64,000 bases of DNA from sequence record OP172791; one strand, written 5' to 3'. Numbering within the stretch: position 1 is the first letter of the stretch; every line of letters begins with the position of its first letter. Positions 15,772 to 24,539 of this stretch are shown piece after piece. The notes beneath the pieces were generated by a model that saw only the letters and a program-made list of their open reading frames with translations, had not been told where the DNA came from and did no database searches. The DNA is from Escherichia phage ECO340P1. Position numbers and translations under genes: made by a program.

Positions 15772-15808
15772 TTGGTTCTCCTCTCTTAATTGATGGAAAT
15801 AGTATACC

Positions 15809-16300
15809 TTACCACATAATCTCGCGCAACTCTTTTTCTTCTTTAAAATTACGTAAGTTTTCCAGTGCACGATTTAGGTCTTCTTCCGTCTCTGCTTTCT
15901 GGACTTTTTCCATTATTTTCGCAACAATATTTTTCTTAACTTGCAAATCTGGAACAGGCATACGTTTTTCCATTTCATAAGCTTCTCGTTTATGACGTTC
16001 CTCCATCTCTGCTTTTTCTTTCACCCAATCCGCCTCGTCCATTGCACCTTTGCAGACACAAGTGTAACCTTTAATAGTATAATCCCCATGTTCAATACCA
16101 GGTTGAAGAGCTAAGGCTTCATTACCACAATACGCGCACAACGGACGACCTGGCATTTTCAAAGTTTTGGTAGCCTTAGCGCCACATTGACTATCCCAGC
16201 TTGTTTTATAACTGGAACCGTTGTCTCCGTGAGAACGACCAACCAAGAAGTTACGGAAGAAACCCATAGCACGTTCGTCAATGTAATCAGGGTAAGCCAT
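15809..16300 (-). CDS. hypothetical Cys-containing protein (163 aa)
   Basis: ORF with SD AAAGGAGAA; CAYCG and CVCKG motifs. Confidence 0.55.
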   Translation of the reverse strand: MAYPDYIDERAMGFFRNFLVGRSHGDNGSSYKTSWDSQCGAKATKTLKMPGRPLCAYCGNEALALQPGIEHGDYTIKGYTCVCKGAMDEADWVKEKAEMEERHKREAYEMEKRMPVPDLQVKKNIVAKIMEKVQKAETEEDLNRALENLRNFKEEKELREIMW

Positions 16301-16312
16301 TATATTCTCCTT

Positions 16313-16606
16313 TCACATTAAGACACGTTTTGTGTCGATGGGTGCATTATCAAACATGTTAAGAACATTGTCAAGCAGTTTTACTAATTCCTTTGTAATT
16401 TGTTCTTTTGAACGGGAGGAAGTGAGCACTTTGCTTTCACCAACGATATGCATAACTTTTATAGGAGCGTCTAAAATGATGTTGTGTTGACGATCCTCTT
16501 CAAAAGAAGCCAACCATTTCTCATTGTTACCGTGCAAGGCTACAATCACACCAAAACCGTTAATTGTTTCGGAAATATTTTTAGTTGCTAAAGTAATGTT
16601 CATCAT
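16313..16606 (-). CDS. hypothetical protein (first gene of leftward operon; start 16606 or 16603)
   Basis: ORF with SD AGAGAGG; promoter TTGATC-N16-TATCAT upstream. Confidence 0.5.
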   Translation of the reverse strand: MMNITLATKNISETINGFGVIVALHGNNEKWLASFEEDRQHNIILDAPIKVMHIVGESKVLTSSRSKEQITKELVKLLDNVLNMFDNAPIDTKRVLM

Positions 16607-16631
16607 CTACCTCTCTTGTTAATGTTCATAC

Positions 16632-16659
16632 ATGATACCTGAAAATAATTTCAGATCAA
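16632..16659 (-). promoter_or_regulatory. sigma70-type promoter for leftward operon 16606 to 10120
   Basis: TTGATC, N16, TATCAT on minus strand. Confidence 0.5.
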
Positions 16660-16662
16660 GTA

Positions 16663-16690
16663 TTGACATACTTTTTAATCTTGTTAAGAT
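16663..16690 (+). promoter_or_regulatory. sigma70-type promoter for rightward block starting 16721
   Basis: TTGACA 16663-16668, N16, TAAGAT 16685-16690; divergent from minus promoter. Confidence 0.6.
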
Positions 16691-16720
16691 CAACTCCTAC
16701 CAAACAAAAGGAGAAAACAA

Positions 16721-17164
16721 ATGCAAAACATCCAAAACATCAAACTGACTTGGCCCGAAGCTAAAGAAGCAATGAAGGAAGGTAGACGTGTTGAGCACCG
16801 CCATTTTTGTGGTGGCGAATGGTTTGAGATGCGAGATGGTGTTATTCTCGACGAACAAGGTTATAACATGGAAACTTGGTTCAGAGGGGAAGCTTGGCAG
16901 GAAGAGGGTTGGTCTGTAATTGAAAAAGAAGACAGTAAGGAAGAAGGCGTGTTGTCTAATGTAGAACGCGAGATGAGGGAAACAAAGATACCTGCTTTGG
17001 ATTTTGTATACCTGGAAGAACTTGTGGCAGCATCTTTTGTAGCAGGAAATCTTTGGAATACACCTGTTAGCCGACTGGAGAACCAAAATAACCCATCTGC
17101 TCGTAATCACAAGCTTTATAAGGGTAAAGGTCACAACAAATTAAAGAAAGGAAAGAAGAAATGA
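16721..17164 (+). CDS. protein with N-terminal DUF2829-like (Tad2-like) motif and basic tail
   Basis: SD AAAAGGAGAAAA; N-terminus LTWPEAKEAMKEGRRVEHRHF..GEW resembles DUF2829 pattern; Lys-rich C-terminus. Confidence 0.5.
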   Translation: MQNIQNIKLTWPEAKEAMKEGRRVEHRHFCGGEWFEMRDGVILDEQGYNMETWFRGEAWQEEGWSVIEKEDSKEEGVLSNVEREMRETKIPALDFVYLEELVAASFVAGNLWNTPVSRLENQNNPSARNHKLYKGKGHNKLKKGKKK

Positions 17165-17307
17165 TCTACAAAAACAAGTTCACTGGTTGTCTCCGTAAAT
17201 TTATCGATAAGAAAGGGTATGTTTCTCTTGACAACGGGGCTACATGGATAGAGAATGGTGCTTCAGAACAATTGATCAAAGCTTTGCCTTACTACGAGGA
17301 GGTTTAA
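17161..17307 (+). CDS. small hypothetical protein (48 aa)
   Basis: Unlisted ORF with SD AAGGAAAG; ATGA overlap; ends 1 nt before next ATG. Confidence 0.4.
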   Translation: MIYKNKFTGCLRKFIDKKGYVSLDNGATWIENGASEQLIKALPYYEEV

Positions 17308-17631
17308 ATGTCAAACAGCCTGTTTAGCGTGTCAATTGCACCACGTGTCAACATCCGTTGTCAGTTTGTTACTTTACCTGGTGTAACGCATATCACATTA
17401 GAATACGATCCTCGTTCACGAGAGAACCCAATTACAGGTAAGATTGATTCAGCCTACGGCGACTTCCTGATGGATCACCAAGCGATCTTATGTTGTGTGC
17501 AACGCTTACAGGCAGGGTCTTTATACATCTTTAAGAAGTCTGTGTTCCAAGAAATTGCTCAAGCAGTTGAAAGCGGTATGGAGACTCTTAACGCTATGAT
17601 TGAAGCAGCCAACAAGAAGGAGGTTTTATGA
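17308..17631 (+). CDS. hypothetical protein (107 aa)
   Basis: ORF with SD GAGGAGG. Confidence 0.55.
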   Translation: MSNSLFSVSIAPRVNIRCQFVTLPGVTHITLEYDPRSRENPITGKIDSAYGDFLMDHQAILCCVQRLQAGSLYIFKKSVFQEIAQAVESGMETLNAMIEAANKKEVL

Positions 17632-17888
17632 CACTTTATCACGTAACTACAGAAGGCGACTGTGAAGGCCGCACTACAAAAGATTTGGGGTATGTTGAAG
17701 CAGATTCACCTGAACATGCTATCAAATACCTGCATTCCATCGGGAAGTATGCGGGTTATGAGTATACTATCTACGAGGTTGAAATTATTAACCTTATACA
17801 AGTGGCAACTCCTATGGCAGAGTTGAAACATCTTAAGGCAAAAGTAAGACCTGGTATAGTGTCCGATTACAAAGGGGAAGTAAAATGA
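17628..17888 (+). CDS. hypothetical protein (86 aa)
   Basis: ORF with SD AAGGAGG. Confidence 0.55.
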   Translation: MTLYHVTTEGDCEGRTTKDLGYVEADSPEHAIKYLHSIGKYAGYEYTIYEVEIINLIQVATPMAELKHLKAKVRPGIVSDYKGEVK

Positions 17889-18097
17889 GTGGATGGATTA
17901 AAGTATCTGGTACCGAGGATGTTCCTATCGGAGAGTGGCTTGTAATCATGGCAAACGGCAAGAAGGGATTCTGTGAAGTTAACAAAACACGCAATGGCAC
18001 GATAGCTGTTATCAATGGTCATTTTTATTTTGACTTGGCACCTGTGATCGCATACCATGCACTACCAACATATGAAGAGGAGATTAACAATGGCTAA
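17885..18097 (+). CDS. hypothetical protein (70 aa)
   Basis: ORF with SD AAAGGGGAAG. Confidence 0.55.
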   Translation: MSGWIKVSGTEDVPIGEWLVIMANGKKGFCEVNKTRNGTIAVINGHFYFDLAPVIAYHALPTYEEEINNG

Positions 18098-18407
18098 CAA
18101 AGAACCACATGTATATACTGCACTGGTAAAGCACTTGAACAAAGAACGTAACAGGATCATTGCAGATTATCGTAAATTTAAACGTAGTAGTCTAAATCGT
18201 AAATACATGCCACATGCAGCTTTTGACGCTACACGTGCAGTATTTCGTGCAAAGATTGCGGAAATGGATAATCTGCTTAAGCTTGCACGATTATCTATTC
18301 ATGCATCCAAAGTAACAGGAGTCACTCACTTCTTTGACTTCGATACTAAAGCACTATATGCACCAGAAGCAGGTGAACAATTGATTTATCTACTTACCAA
18401 AAAATAA
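18090..18407 (+). CDS. hypothetical basic protein (105 aa)
   Basis: ATG 18090 with SD GAGGAG. Confidence 0.5.
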   Translation: MANKEPHVYTALVKHLNKERNRIIADYRKFKRSSLNRKYMPHAAFDATRAVFRAKIAEMDNLLKLARLSIHASKVTGVTHFFDFDTKALYAPEAGEQLIYLLTKK

Positions 18408-18583
18408 GTGTTGACTTTTTTCAAAAAATATGCTACCCTAACCCCGAAGGGTCGAGCGATAGCGAGTATAGATTATGTAATAGATTAATCTCTATCGTTA
18501 GATGTTCGAAGAACAGAGATTTAAGTACTTGTTCTTATCGGTAGATGATCGTAAGATCAAGAACAATAATAGGAGAGTGTGTT

Positions 18584-18781
18584 ATGTTAGTCAGTGAAAT
18601 ACTACCTGACTCTAATGGTAATCAGATCACTATTGATTGGTTTCCTGGTACTGGTACACTAGATCTAACTGCTGAATGGTCTGGTGATATTTATGGAGAA
18701 GGTGTATTATCATTGTCTACAGAACAAATGATCATCCTTCGTGACTTCTTAATTAGTTTAGATCTAGGAGAAAACAAATGA
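18584..18781 (+). CDS. hypothetical protein (65 aa)
   Basis: ATG 18584 with SD AGGAGAG. Confidence 0.5.
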   Translation: MLVSEILPDSNGNQITIDWFPGTGTLDLTAEWSGDIYGEGVLSLSTEQMIILRDFLISLDLGENK

Positions 18782-19047
18782 GTAAAACTTCTATCGAGTT
18801 TATCGAGAAATCCCCTGTTCCAAAGTTATACCGTTTATCTGAAATTGAACCTATGTCTGTTTTCTACTACTACGATTCAGAAGTAAGTGAACAAGAACGG
18901 GACTACTACTTAGCTACAGATACAGGTGCAGTGTGCTTAACAGGTTCTCGTGCAGGAGAATACATTGTGACTAGTCGTTTTAATGAAGCAGATTACTGTT
19001 GGGCTAAGGTTGAAACTAAGATTGTCATCAACATCACTAATCATTAA
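18778..19047 (+). CDS. hypothetical protein (89 aa)
   Basis: ORF with SD AGGAGAAAA. Confidence 0.55.
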   Translation: MSKTSIEFIEKSPVPKLYRLSEIEPMSVFYYYDSEVSEQERDYYLATDTGAVCLTGSRAGEYIVTSRFNEADYCWAKVETKIVINITNH

Positions 19048-19057
19048 GACTAATCTG

Positions 19058-19099
19058 ACAAAGAGTTACTTGACATGTGCAAAGCTCTTTGTGTAGAAT
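19058..19099 (+). promoter_or_regulatory. promoter bracketed by 8-bp inverted repeat (operator-like)
   Basis: TTGACA 19070-19075, N18, TAGAAT 19094-19099; ACAAAGAG 19058-19065 and CTCTTTGT 19085-19092 flank the -35. Confidence 0.5.
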
Positions 19100-19129
19100 A
19101 AAGATTCACTTACTAAGGAGATTTTATAA

Positions 19130-19327
19130 ATGGCTACAAAGAAACAGAAAATGAAATGTCTTACTCTCACTGAACTGGGTCAAGCTTCCAACTGCGTTAC
19201 TGTTGGTAAGATTTATTCTACAGTTCTTGATAAAGACAACAACAGTTTTACTTTCAAAGATGATAACGGAAACCCTCAAGTTGGAATCTACCCTTCCTGT
19301 GCTTTTGGTACTTGGGAAAAAGTGTAA
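19130..19327 (+). CDS. hypothetical protein (65 aa)
   Basis: ORF with SD AAGGAG; promoter with flanking inverted repeat upstream. Confidence 0.55.
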   Translation: MATKKQKMKCLTLTELGQASNCVTVGKIYSTVLDKDNNSFTFKDDNGNPQVGIYPSCAFGTWEKV

Positions 19328-19370
19328 CTAATTAGAGGGTATACTTGTAAACAAGATTAAGGAGGCATTT

Positions 19371-19544
19371 ATGGGAGATAAACAAAGTAACATCCGTTAC
19401 GCGCTTTATGGAAGAATGGGTGCAGATTGTGAATGGATGCTTCTGTCGCAACGTATACCCTCTTACAAAGAGGCTCTTGAAAAAAGAGACTATTATAAAC
19501 AAACATGGCGTTTTGTCATTTGTAAACACTATTTGGAGGCGTGA
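19371..19544 (+). CDS. small hypothetical protein (57 aa)
   Basis: Unlisted ORF with SD TAAGGAGG; overlapping track ORFs 19408-19632 and 19332-19559 judged spurious. Confidence 0.45.
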   Translation: MGDKQSNIRYALYGRMGADCEWMLLSQRIPSYKEALEKRDYYKQTWRFVICKHYLEA

Positions 19545-19852
19545 TGAGTACATTATCATTAGCAGTTACGGTGCACCAGTATTACGAAGAAGCTGTAAAA
19601 GATTCAGAAAACCCATCTACATTGGTGTTTGAAGATCGGACTGGTCTTAAATGGGTAGAATCTGGGGATGAACTCTACTTTTGGTATCCACAAGGTTGCA
19701 CAAGTAATTCTAATTTGTATAGTTATGAACTGGAGTATCGTGCGCCTGTAGACGAAGATGACAATTACATCATGTATTATGTTAATAATGGTTGCGGTGA
19801 AACGTTTAATGTAGTATTCTCTAAAGCCTTGAAGTCCGACGAGGAGATGTAA
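19544..19852 (+). CDS. hypothetical protein, tandem paralog A (102 aa)
   Basis: ATG 19544 with SD GGAGG; similar to the next gene. Confidence 0.55.
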   Translation: MSTLSLAVTVHQYYEEAVKDSENPSTLVFEDRTGLKWVESGDELYFWYPQGCTSNSNLYSYELEYRAPVDEDDNYIMYYVNNGCGETFNVVFSKALKSDEEM

Positions 19853-20157
19853 TGCGGCACAATACGACTTTAAGTTTGGCAGTTGCAGCCCACATGCTGT
19901 ACAATGATTCTGTGAAGAATGAGTTGTCGCCTGTGAGTTTAGCTTTCTATCTGATAGACAGGGATTGGATGTTCTCTGGTGAGGATGAAATCTACTACGT
20001 AAATTCACGCGGTTTTATTGAAAGTTTTGAACTTGAACATCGTGCACCAACAGCAGAAGATGATCGTTTTATTATGTTTTGTGTAAAAGATGGTTACGGA
20101 GAGGTATATGACGTAGTATTCTTCAAAAATCGACAGAAGACTGAAGAGGAATTCTAA
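19852..20157 (+). CDS. hypothetical protein, tandem paralog B (101 aa)
   Basis: ORF with SD GAGGAG; shares LSLAV..H..Y, ELE(Y/H)RAP, (F/Y)NVVF motifs with previous gene. Confidence 0.55.
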   Translation: MRHNTTLSLAVAAHMLYNDSVKNELSPVSLAFYLIDRDWMFSGEDEIYYVNSRGFIESFELEHRAPTAEDDRFIMFCVKDGYGEVYDVVFFKNRQKTEEEF

Positions 20158-20520
20158 ATGAAAAGGCTACTTTGTGTCCTGATATTGATGATTACCACCA
20201 ATGCTACAGCCGCCCGTGATGGTTTCAAGATTGGGGTGGAAGGTAGCCAATTCTTCACTTGGTATGGTGGTGAAGCTGTCTACCAAGTGGATGATAAAAA
20301 GTATAACTGCAAGTTTGATCGTATAGATCGTGGAGTGGATAATTGGGGTGACGCTTACAAAGCCACAGGTTTCTATTGCACAAAAGATTTATATATTACA
20401 GTCAAAGAACCACAAGACAACAGAAAGGTGTTGTTCATTGTGGTAAACCCTGCTAAATTTGAAGAACGTAAAGCTTACTATGCAGATATGTTCATTGAAT
20501 ACAAAAAGGAGGAAAAATGA
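20158..20520 (+). CDS. secreted protein (120 aa)
   Basis: Signal peptide MKRLLCVLILMITTNATAA. Confidence 0.55.
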   Translation: MKRLLCVLILMITTNATAARDGFKIGVEGSQFFTWYGGEAVYQVDDKKYNCKFDRIDRGVDNWGDAYKATGFYCTKDLYITVKEPQDNRKVLFIVVNPAKFEERKAYYADMFIEYKKEEK

Positions 20521-20879
20521 GAGAAACAATCGTAGATGTTGTTATTAATGGTCAACGTTATGTGCCTGTTGTAGAGAAAGCTGAACCAGATGCTTTAGAT
20601 GTTGTTTTTGAAGACGATGATCTTGGCACTGTTACTGTGCGTGAATATTTCAGACGACTGCTCTCTACGCTTTGGGAAGAAGAAGATAGTTTCAGTGGAA
20701 AACGCCCTTTCGGTAACTCTTGCTGGCAGTTCGATTTGATTATTGGTTTGATCGATGCTGGGTACCTGGAAGGTAAAGTTTATCGTGACGAAGATGGTGG
20801 TATAGAAGATACCGACTATGATCGGGAAGAAGCAGATAAACTCATCCAGGGTCTGATCGCACGTATGTGTTTAGGTTAA
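20517..20879 (+). CDS. hypothetical protein (120 aa)
   Basis: ORF with SD AAGGAGGAAAA. Confidence 0.55.
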   Translation: MRETIVDVVINGQRYVPVVEKAEPDALDVVFEDDDLGTVTVREYFRRLLSTLWEEEDSFSGKRPFGNSCWQFDLIIGLIDAGYLEGKVYRDEDGGIEDTDYDREEADKLIQGLIARMCLG

Positions 20880-20880
20880 T

Positions 20881-21249
20881 ATGAAGGTATTAAACTTTTA
20901 CCATTTAGGCAAAACAATCCCAGAAGGTGCTGTTTATATTGGTAGAGCAATGCCACACATGGAATTAAAAGCCTCTAAGTTTGCAAACCCTTTTAAGTTA
21001 AAAGATGATGAACCACGAGGATCAACTATACAAAGGTATAAAGAGTGGTTGTGGGAGCAAATTCGTTGTGGTAAGATCACTCTTGAAGATTTATTAGAGT
21101 TAGAAGGGAAAGATTTAGTTTGCTTCTGCTCCCCTCAACCTTGTCATGGAGATGTATTGGTAGCAGCCGTGACTTGGGCTAGAAAAGAGTGGGACAAAAG
21201 GCATCCTACTTATGTAGACAATTATTGGATTTGGGAGGAGAATTTTTGA
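20881..21249 (+). CDS. DUF4326-like protein
   Basis: Motif LVCFCSPQPCHGDVL. Confidence 0.5.
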   Translation: MKVLNFYHLGKTIPEGAVYIGRAMPHMELKASKFANPFKLKDDEPRGSTIQRYKEWLWEQIRCGKITLEDLLELEGKDLVCFCSPQPCHGDVLVAAVTWARKEWDKRHPTYVDNYWIWEENF

Positions 21250-21605
21250 AAAATATTATTGATGTAGATGTGTTTGGTATCACAGCACTACAAGACAAAC
21301 AAGCAACATTATACTACCATAAAAAAGAGGATAAGGCTTACATCTACATCTACCTAGGAGCAGAAAAATTTGGTGTTGGAGATATGGCTCTAAATGTAGA
21401 AGGGGATCTTCCTTTAGAACAAAAGTTGAAAGTTTTTCGTTTCACAAGAGATGTTAAACTAGACGGCGTTATCGCAATCCTACAAGAAGACCATTATTAT
21501 ATGGTAACTTTCGTTACTCCTGCTTTCTCTGGTCTTAATGGAGAAGAAGCTCTTAACGATGTTATTATCTTAAAGATTGGTAATGCTTTAAACGATGTAA
21601 ACTAA
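21246..21605 (+). CDS. hypothetical protein (TTG start, 119 aa)
   Basis: TTG 21246 five nt after SD GGGAGGAG. Confidence 0.45.
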   Translation: MKNIIDVDVFGITALQDKQATLYYHKKEDKAYIYIYLGAEKFGVGDMALNVEGDLPLEQKLKVFRFTRDVKLDGVIAILQEDHYYMVTFVTPAFSGLNGEEALNDVIILKIGNALNDVN

Positions 21606-21619
21606 AGGAGGGAGTGTGT

Positions 21620-22129
21620 ATGTTCTTTGATGCAAATTCTCTTTTTGTATCTACAGCAGGGCAGTCTGCTGTTAATGCAGAATTTGAGGAAAGAGAAGAA
21701 TGGATTGATAATCACAACTATGATCCAAGTAATCTAAACTGGTGCAGTTTGGATGTTGGTAATCTTAGTAGAGATAATGCACTTAGAGCATACTACTCTG
21801 TATATACTGTTGACAATCTTTATCAATACTACGTGTTTCGTAGTCTTATTGTTAATCTTAATTTAGCTGGACGTTTAAAGAACAATAAGGCATTCACATT
21901 GGGACATTATATTCCCTTCCGTAAAGGTGGTGTGCATTTTCCATGTAATTGGATCATTCAAACACGAAAAGAAAACAGTTTAGCAGGAGACACCATGCCA
22001 AGATTTAAAGATAAGTGGACATGGGAAAAACAAATGGGGTACATTAATGCACATTTGCCACCTAATCTAAAAGAACCTTATGCCAGCAGAGCTAAGGAAA
22101 TGATGAGGATTGTCAAGAGTTTTTATTAA
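21620..22129 (+). CDS. HNH endonuclease-like protein
   Basis: ATG 21620 with SD AAAGGAGGGAG; motif GHYIPFRKGGVH..CNW..ENS. Confidence 0.5.
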   Translation: MFFDANSLFVSTAGQSAVNAEFEEREEWIDNHNYDPSNLNWCSLDVGNLSRDNALRAYYSVYTVDNLYQYYVFRSLIVNLNLAGRLKNNKAFTLGHYIPFRKGGVHFPCNWIIQTRKENSLAGDTMPRFKDKWTWEKQMGYINAHLPPNLKEPYASRAKEMMRIVKSFY

Positions 22130-22143
22130 GAGAGGAGAAATAC

Positions 22144-23736
22144 GTGTCTACACAATTGAGTTTTACACCTACCGAGGAACAATACGCTATTGAAAGCGGG
22201 TATAAAGAAAATCGTTTCGTTACAATTCAAGCTAAATCTGGATCAGGTAAAACGTCAACACTGTATATGTTGGCTAATGGCACAAATGATAGTATTCTAT
22301 ACTTGGCGTTTAACAAAAGTATGGCAGAGGAAGCTCGACGTAAAATGCCGCCTAACGTTATGTGCCGAACGCTACATTCAATCTGTTACCAGCGTCTTCC
22401 ACAAAACCTTCGACACAAATTGTCTCGTCCAGAAGGTCAATATGTTAACGTAGCTGGAACTGGTAGTGAGATTGCCAAAAAATTCAAGATTCAGAACTTG
22501 ATTGATAAGAATGGTAAAGTGCTACTGACTCGTGCAATGATCGGGTTAATGGTAAAACAAACTTTAGCTAAATATGAGTTTTCTGACGATGAACATATTG
22601 GACATAAACATTTTCCTAAAGTGCATATGTCAGATCTTAAACGTAAGAACATCAACGAACAAAAACTTATTAACGAAGTTGTTAAATATGCGAAGCAACT
22701 TTGGCGTGAGCGTATTGATCCTAAATCAGAAACCATTATGACTCATGACACCTATGTGAAACTCTTTGAATTGAGCAAAGAAGACTTAGGATATGATATT
22801 ATTTTTGGAGATGAATTCCAGGATGTTAACCCTGCATTCCTGTCTATCCTTCGCAATGCTAAATCGGCTAAACGTATTGTTGTTGTGGGTGATGAATTTC
22901 AGAGTATTTATCAGTTCCGTGGAAGCCAGAACATGATGAAGCAAACGGCTACATATGGGATTGAGTTGCCTCTGACAACTTGTTTTCGCTTTGGTCCTAA
23001 AGTTGCGGATATTGCTAATGCGATCCTTTCTGATCGCTCACCTCTGAAGCATCCGCTGGTAGGCAAAGGTTATGATACTGTCACTGGAAGTTTTCATTCT
23101 GATGTGGTAGATTATAGTAAACCTTACACCATTATTTTCCGTAAGAATTTGACTCTGTTGCTCGAAGCTATGGACCGAATCGCTAACGGAGAAGAGATTA
23201 TTATTAACGTAGATACCAAAGATTTCATTTCTATGGTTGATAGTGTTAATGCTTTACGTAGAGGTGATTTGGACAAAGTTAAGCATGAGACAGTCTTACC
23301 TTACACTTCTTGGGAAGAATTTGTAGAGTGTGCAGAATCAGATCCTGATGCAAAACGACTTTTAAACATCGTTGTTTCTGGTAAAGCTAATAATATTGCA
23401 TACACTTTACGTATGCACCGTAACTCTCCAACGGCTAAAGTTACTTTAACTACAGCCCACAAATCAAAAGGTTTGGAGTGGGATCAGGTTATTGTTGCAA
23501 ATGACTTCCCTTCCAATTATGATAAGAAGGGTGAGTGGGTAGGTCTTGAAGAATCAGAACGAAATCTTCTGTATGTTGCACATACACGTTGTATTAAATG
23601 TCTGCAATGGAACCGGACTGTTCAAGAGATTTTAGACATGCATCGTTTAGGTAAGAGCACGGCTCCTGTATCTGAAGAAGATAAGCTTATAGCTGCCCTT
23701 GCTCGTAAGATTAATCAAATCAGAGAGGATCGTTAA
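22144..23736 (+). CDS. UvrD/PcrA-like superfamily 1 DNA helicase
   Basis: GTG start after SD AGAGGAGAAA; Walker A AKSGSGKT, motif II DEFQDVN, motif III VGDEFQSIYQFRG. Confidence 0.8.
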   Translation: MSTQLSFTPTEEQYAIESGYKENRFVTIQAKSGSGKTSTLYMLANGTNDSILYLAFNKSMAEEARRKMPPNVMCRTLHSICYQRLPQNLRHKLSRPEGQYVNVAGTGSEIAKKFKIQNLIDKNGKVLLTRAMIGLMVKQTLAKYEFSDDEHIGHKHFPKVHMSDLKRKNINEQKLINEVVKYAKQLWRERIDPKSETIMTHDTYVKLFELSKEDLGYDIIFGDEFQDVNPAFLSILRNAKSAKRIVVVGDEFQSIYQFRGSQNMMKQTATYGIELPLTTCFRFGPKVADIANAILSDRSPLKHPLVGKGYDTVTGSFHSDVVDYSKPYTIIFRKNLTLLLEAMDRIANGEEIIINVDTKDFISMVDSVNALRRGDLDKVKHETVLPYTSWEEFVECAESDPDAKRLLNIVVSGKANNIAYTLRMHRNSPTAKVTLTTAHKSKGLEWDQVIVANDFPSNYDKKGEWVGLEESERNLLYVAHTRCIKCLQWNRTVQEILDMHRLGKSTAPVSEEDKLIAALARKINQIREDR

Positions 23737-23988
23737 ATGGCGGGGTATCACATAACAGACATTAAGAAACAACCTTATGGCAGCATAGAAAAGATTAAAG
23801 AGGAAGTAGAAGAACTTTTTGATGCTGTTGAACAGGATTGCAAAATAATGCAACTTGTTGAATTATCAGATATTATAGGTGCTGTTGAGGGAGTTTTAGA
23901 ACAACAGTTCCCAGATATGACTTTACAAGATTTAATCATTATGTCCAGCATTACTAAACGCGCTTTCCGCACAGGAGGGAGATCATGA
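23737..23988 (+). CDS. MazG-like nucleotide pyrophosphohydrolase (tentative)
   Basis: Small helical protein with EKIKEEVEELFDAVE and LVELSDIIGAVEGVLEQ motifs. Confidence 0.5.
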   Translation: MAGYHITDIKKQPYGSIEKIKEEVEELFDAVEQDCKIMQLVELSDIIGAVEGVLEQQFPDMTLQDLIIMSSITKRAFRTGGRS

Positions 23989-24539
23989 ACGTAGCTGTTA
24001 TTGCTCAAGCTATTGATTACTATGGGCGATTTGCGGAGATGTTGGAAGTCCCTTATCTTGTAGATGCGGATATCCTTGCATATACATTACCAGAAGGTAA
24101 AGAGGATCGCCCCTTGGGGCATCCTAATGGTAAGTTCTACGTAGCCAGTGCAGAGCAGTCTTTCCTCCAGATGGAGAAAGACGGGTTTGAATTTTCAACA
24201 GACCATCCTTATATGGCTCTAACACCTTGCTACCGAACAGAAGAAGAGTTAGATGATGTTCATTTTAACATTTTCTTGAAGTTGGAAATTATTGAGTTTT
24301 ATCCAGGAGCATCCATCAAAGAATATGCCGAAACTATGCGCTATTTCTTTTGGACGTATTACAAAGTTCAAACTCAAATCATAGAGACAGATATTGGTCT
24401 TGACGTGGAAGATATGTATGGGTTAGAATTAGGTTCGTTTGGGATGAGAACTTCTCCACAAGGTCATCCGTATTTATACGCCACTGGTATCGCAGAGCCT
24501 AGGGCATCTATTGCAATAAAACGAGGAGGGTTATTATGA
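23985..24539 (+). CDS. hypothetical protein (184 aa)
   Basis: ORF with SD; no confident motif. Confidence 0.55.
   Translation: MNVAVIAQAIDYYGRFAEMLEVPYLVDADILAYTLPEGKEDRPLGHPNGKFYVASAEQSFLQMEKDGFEFSTDHPYMALTPCYRTEEELDDVHFNIFLKLEIIEFYPGASIKEYAETMRYFFWTYYKVQTQIIETDIGLDVEDMYGLELGSFGMRTSPQGHPYLYATGIAEPRASIAIKRGGLL

Noticed and set aside
16697-17134. 145 aa minus-strand ORF
   Set aside because: Antisense to gene 16721-17164, which has a strong Shine-Dalgarno and promoter; low-complexity translation.
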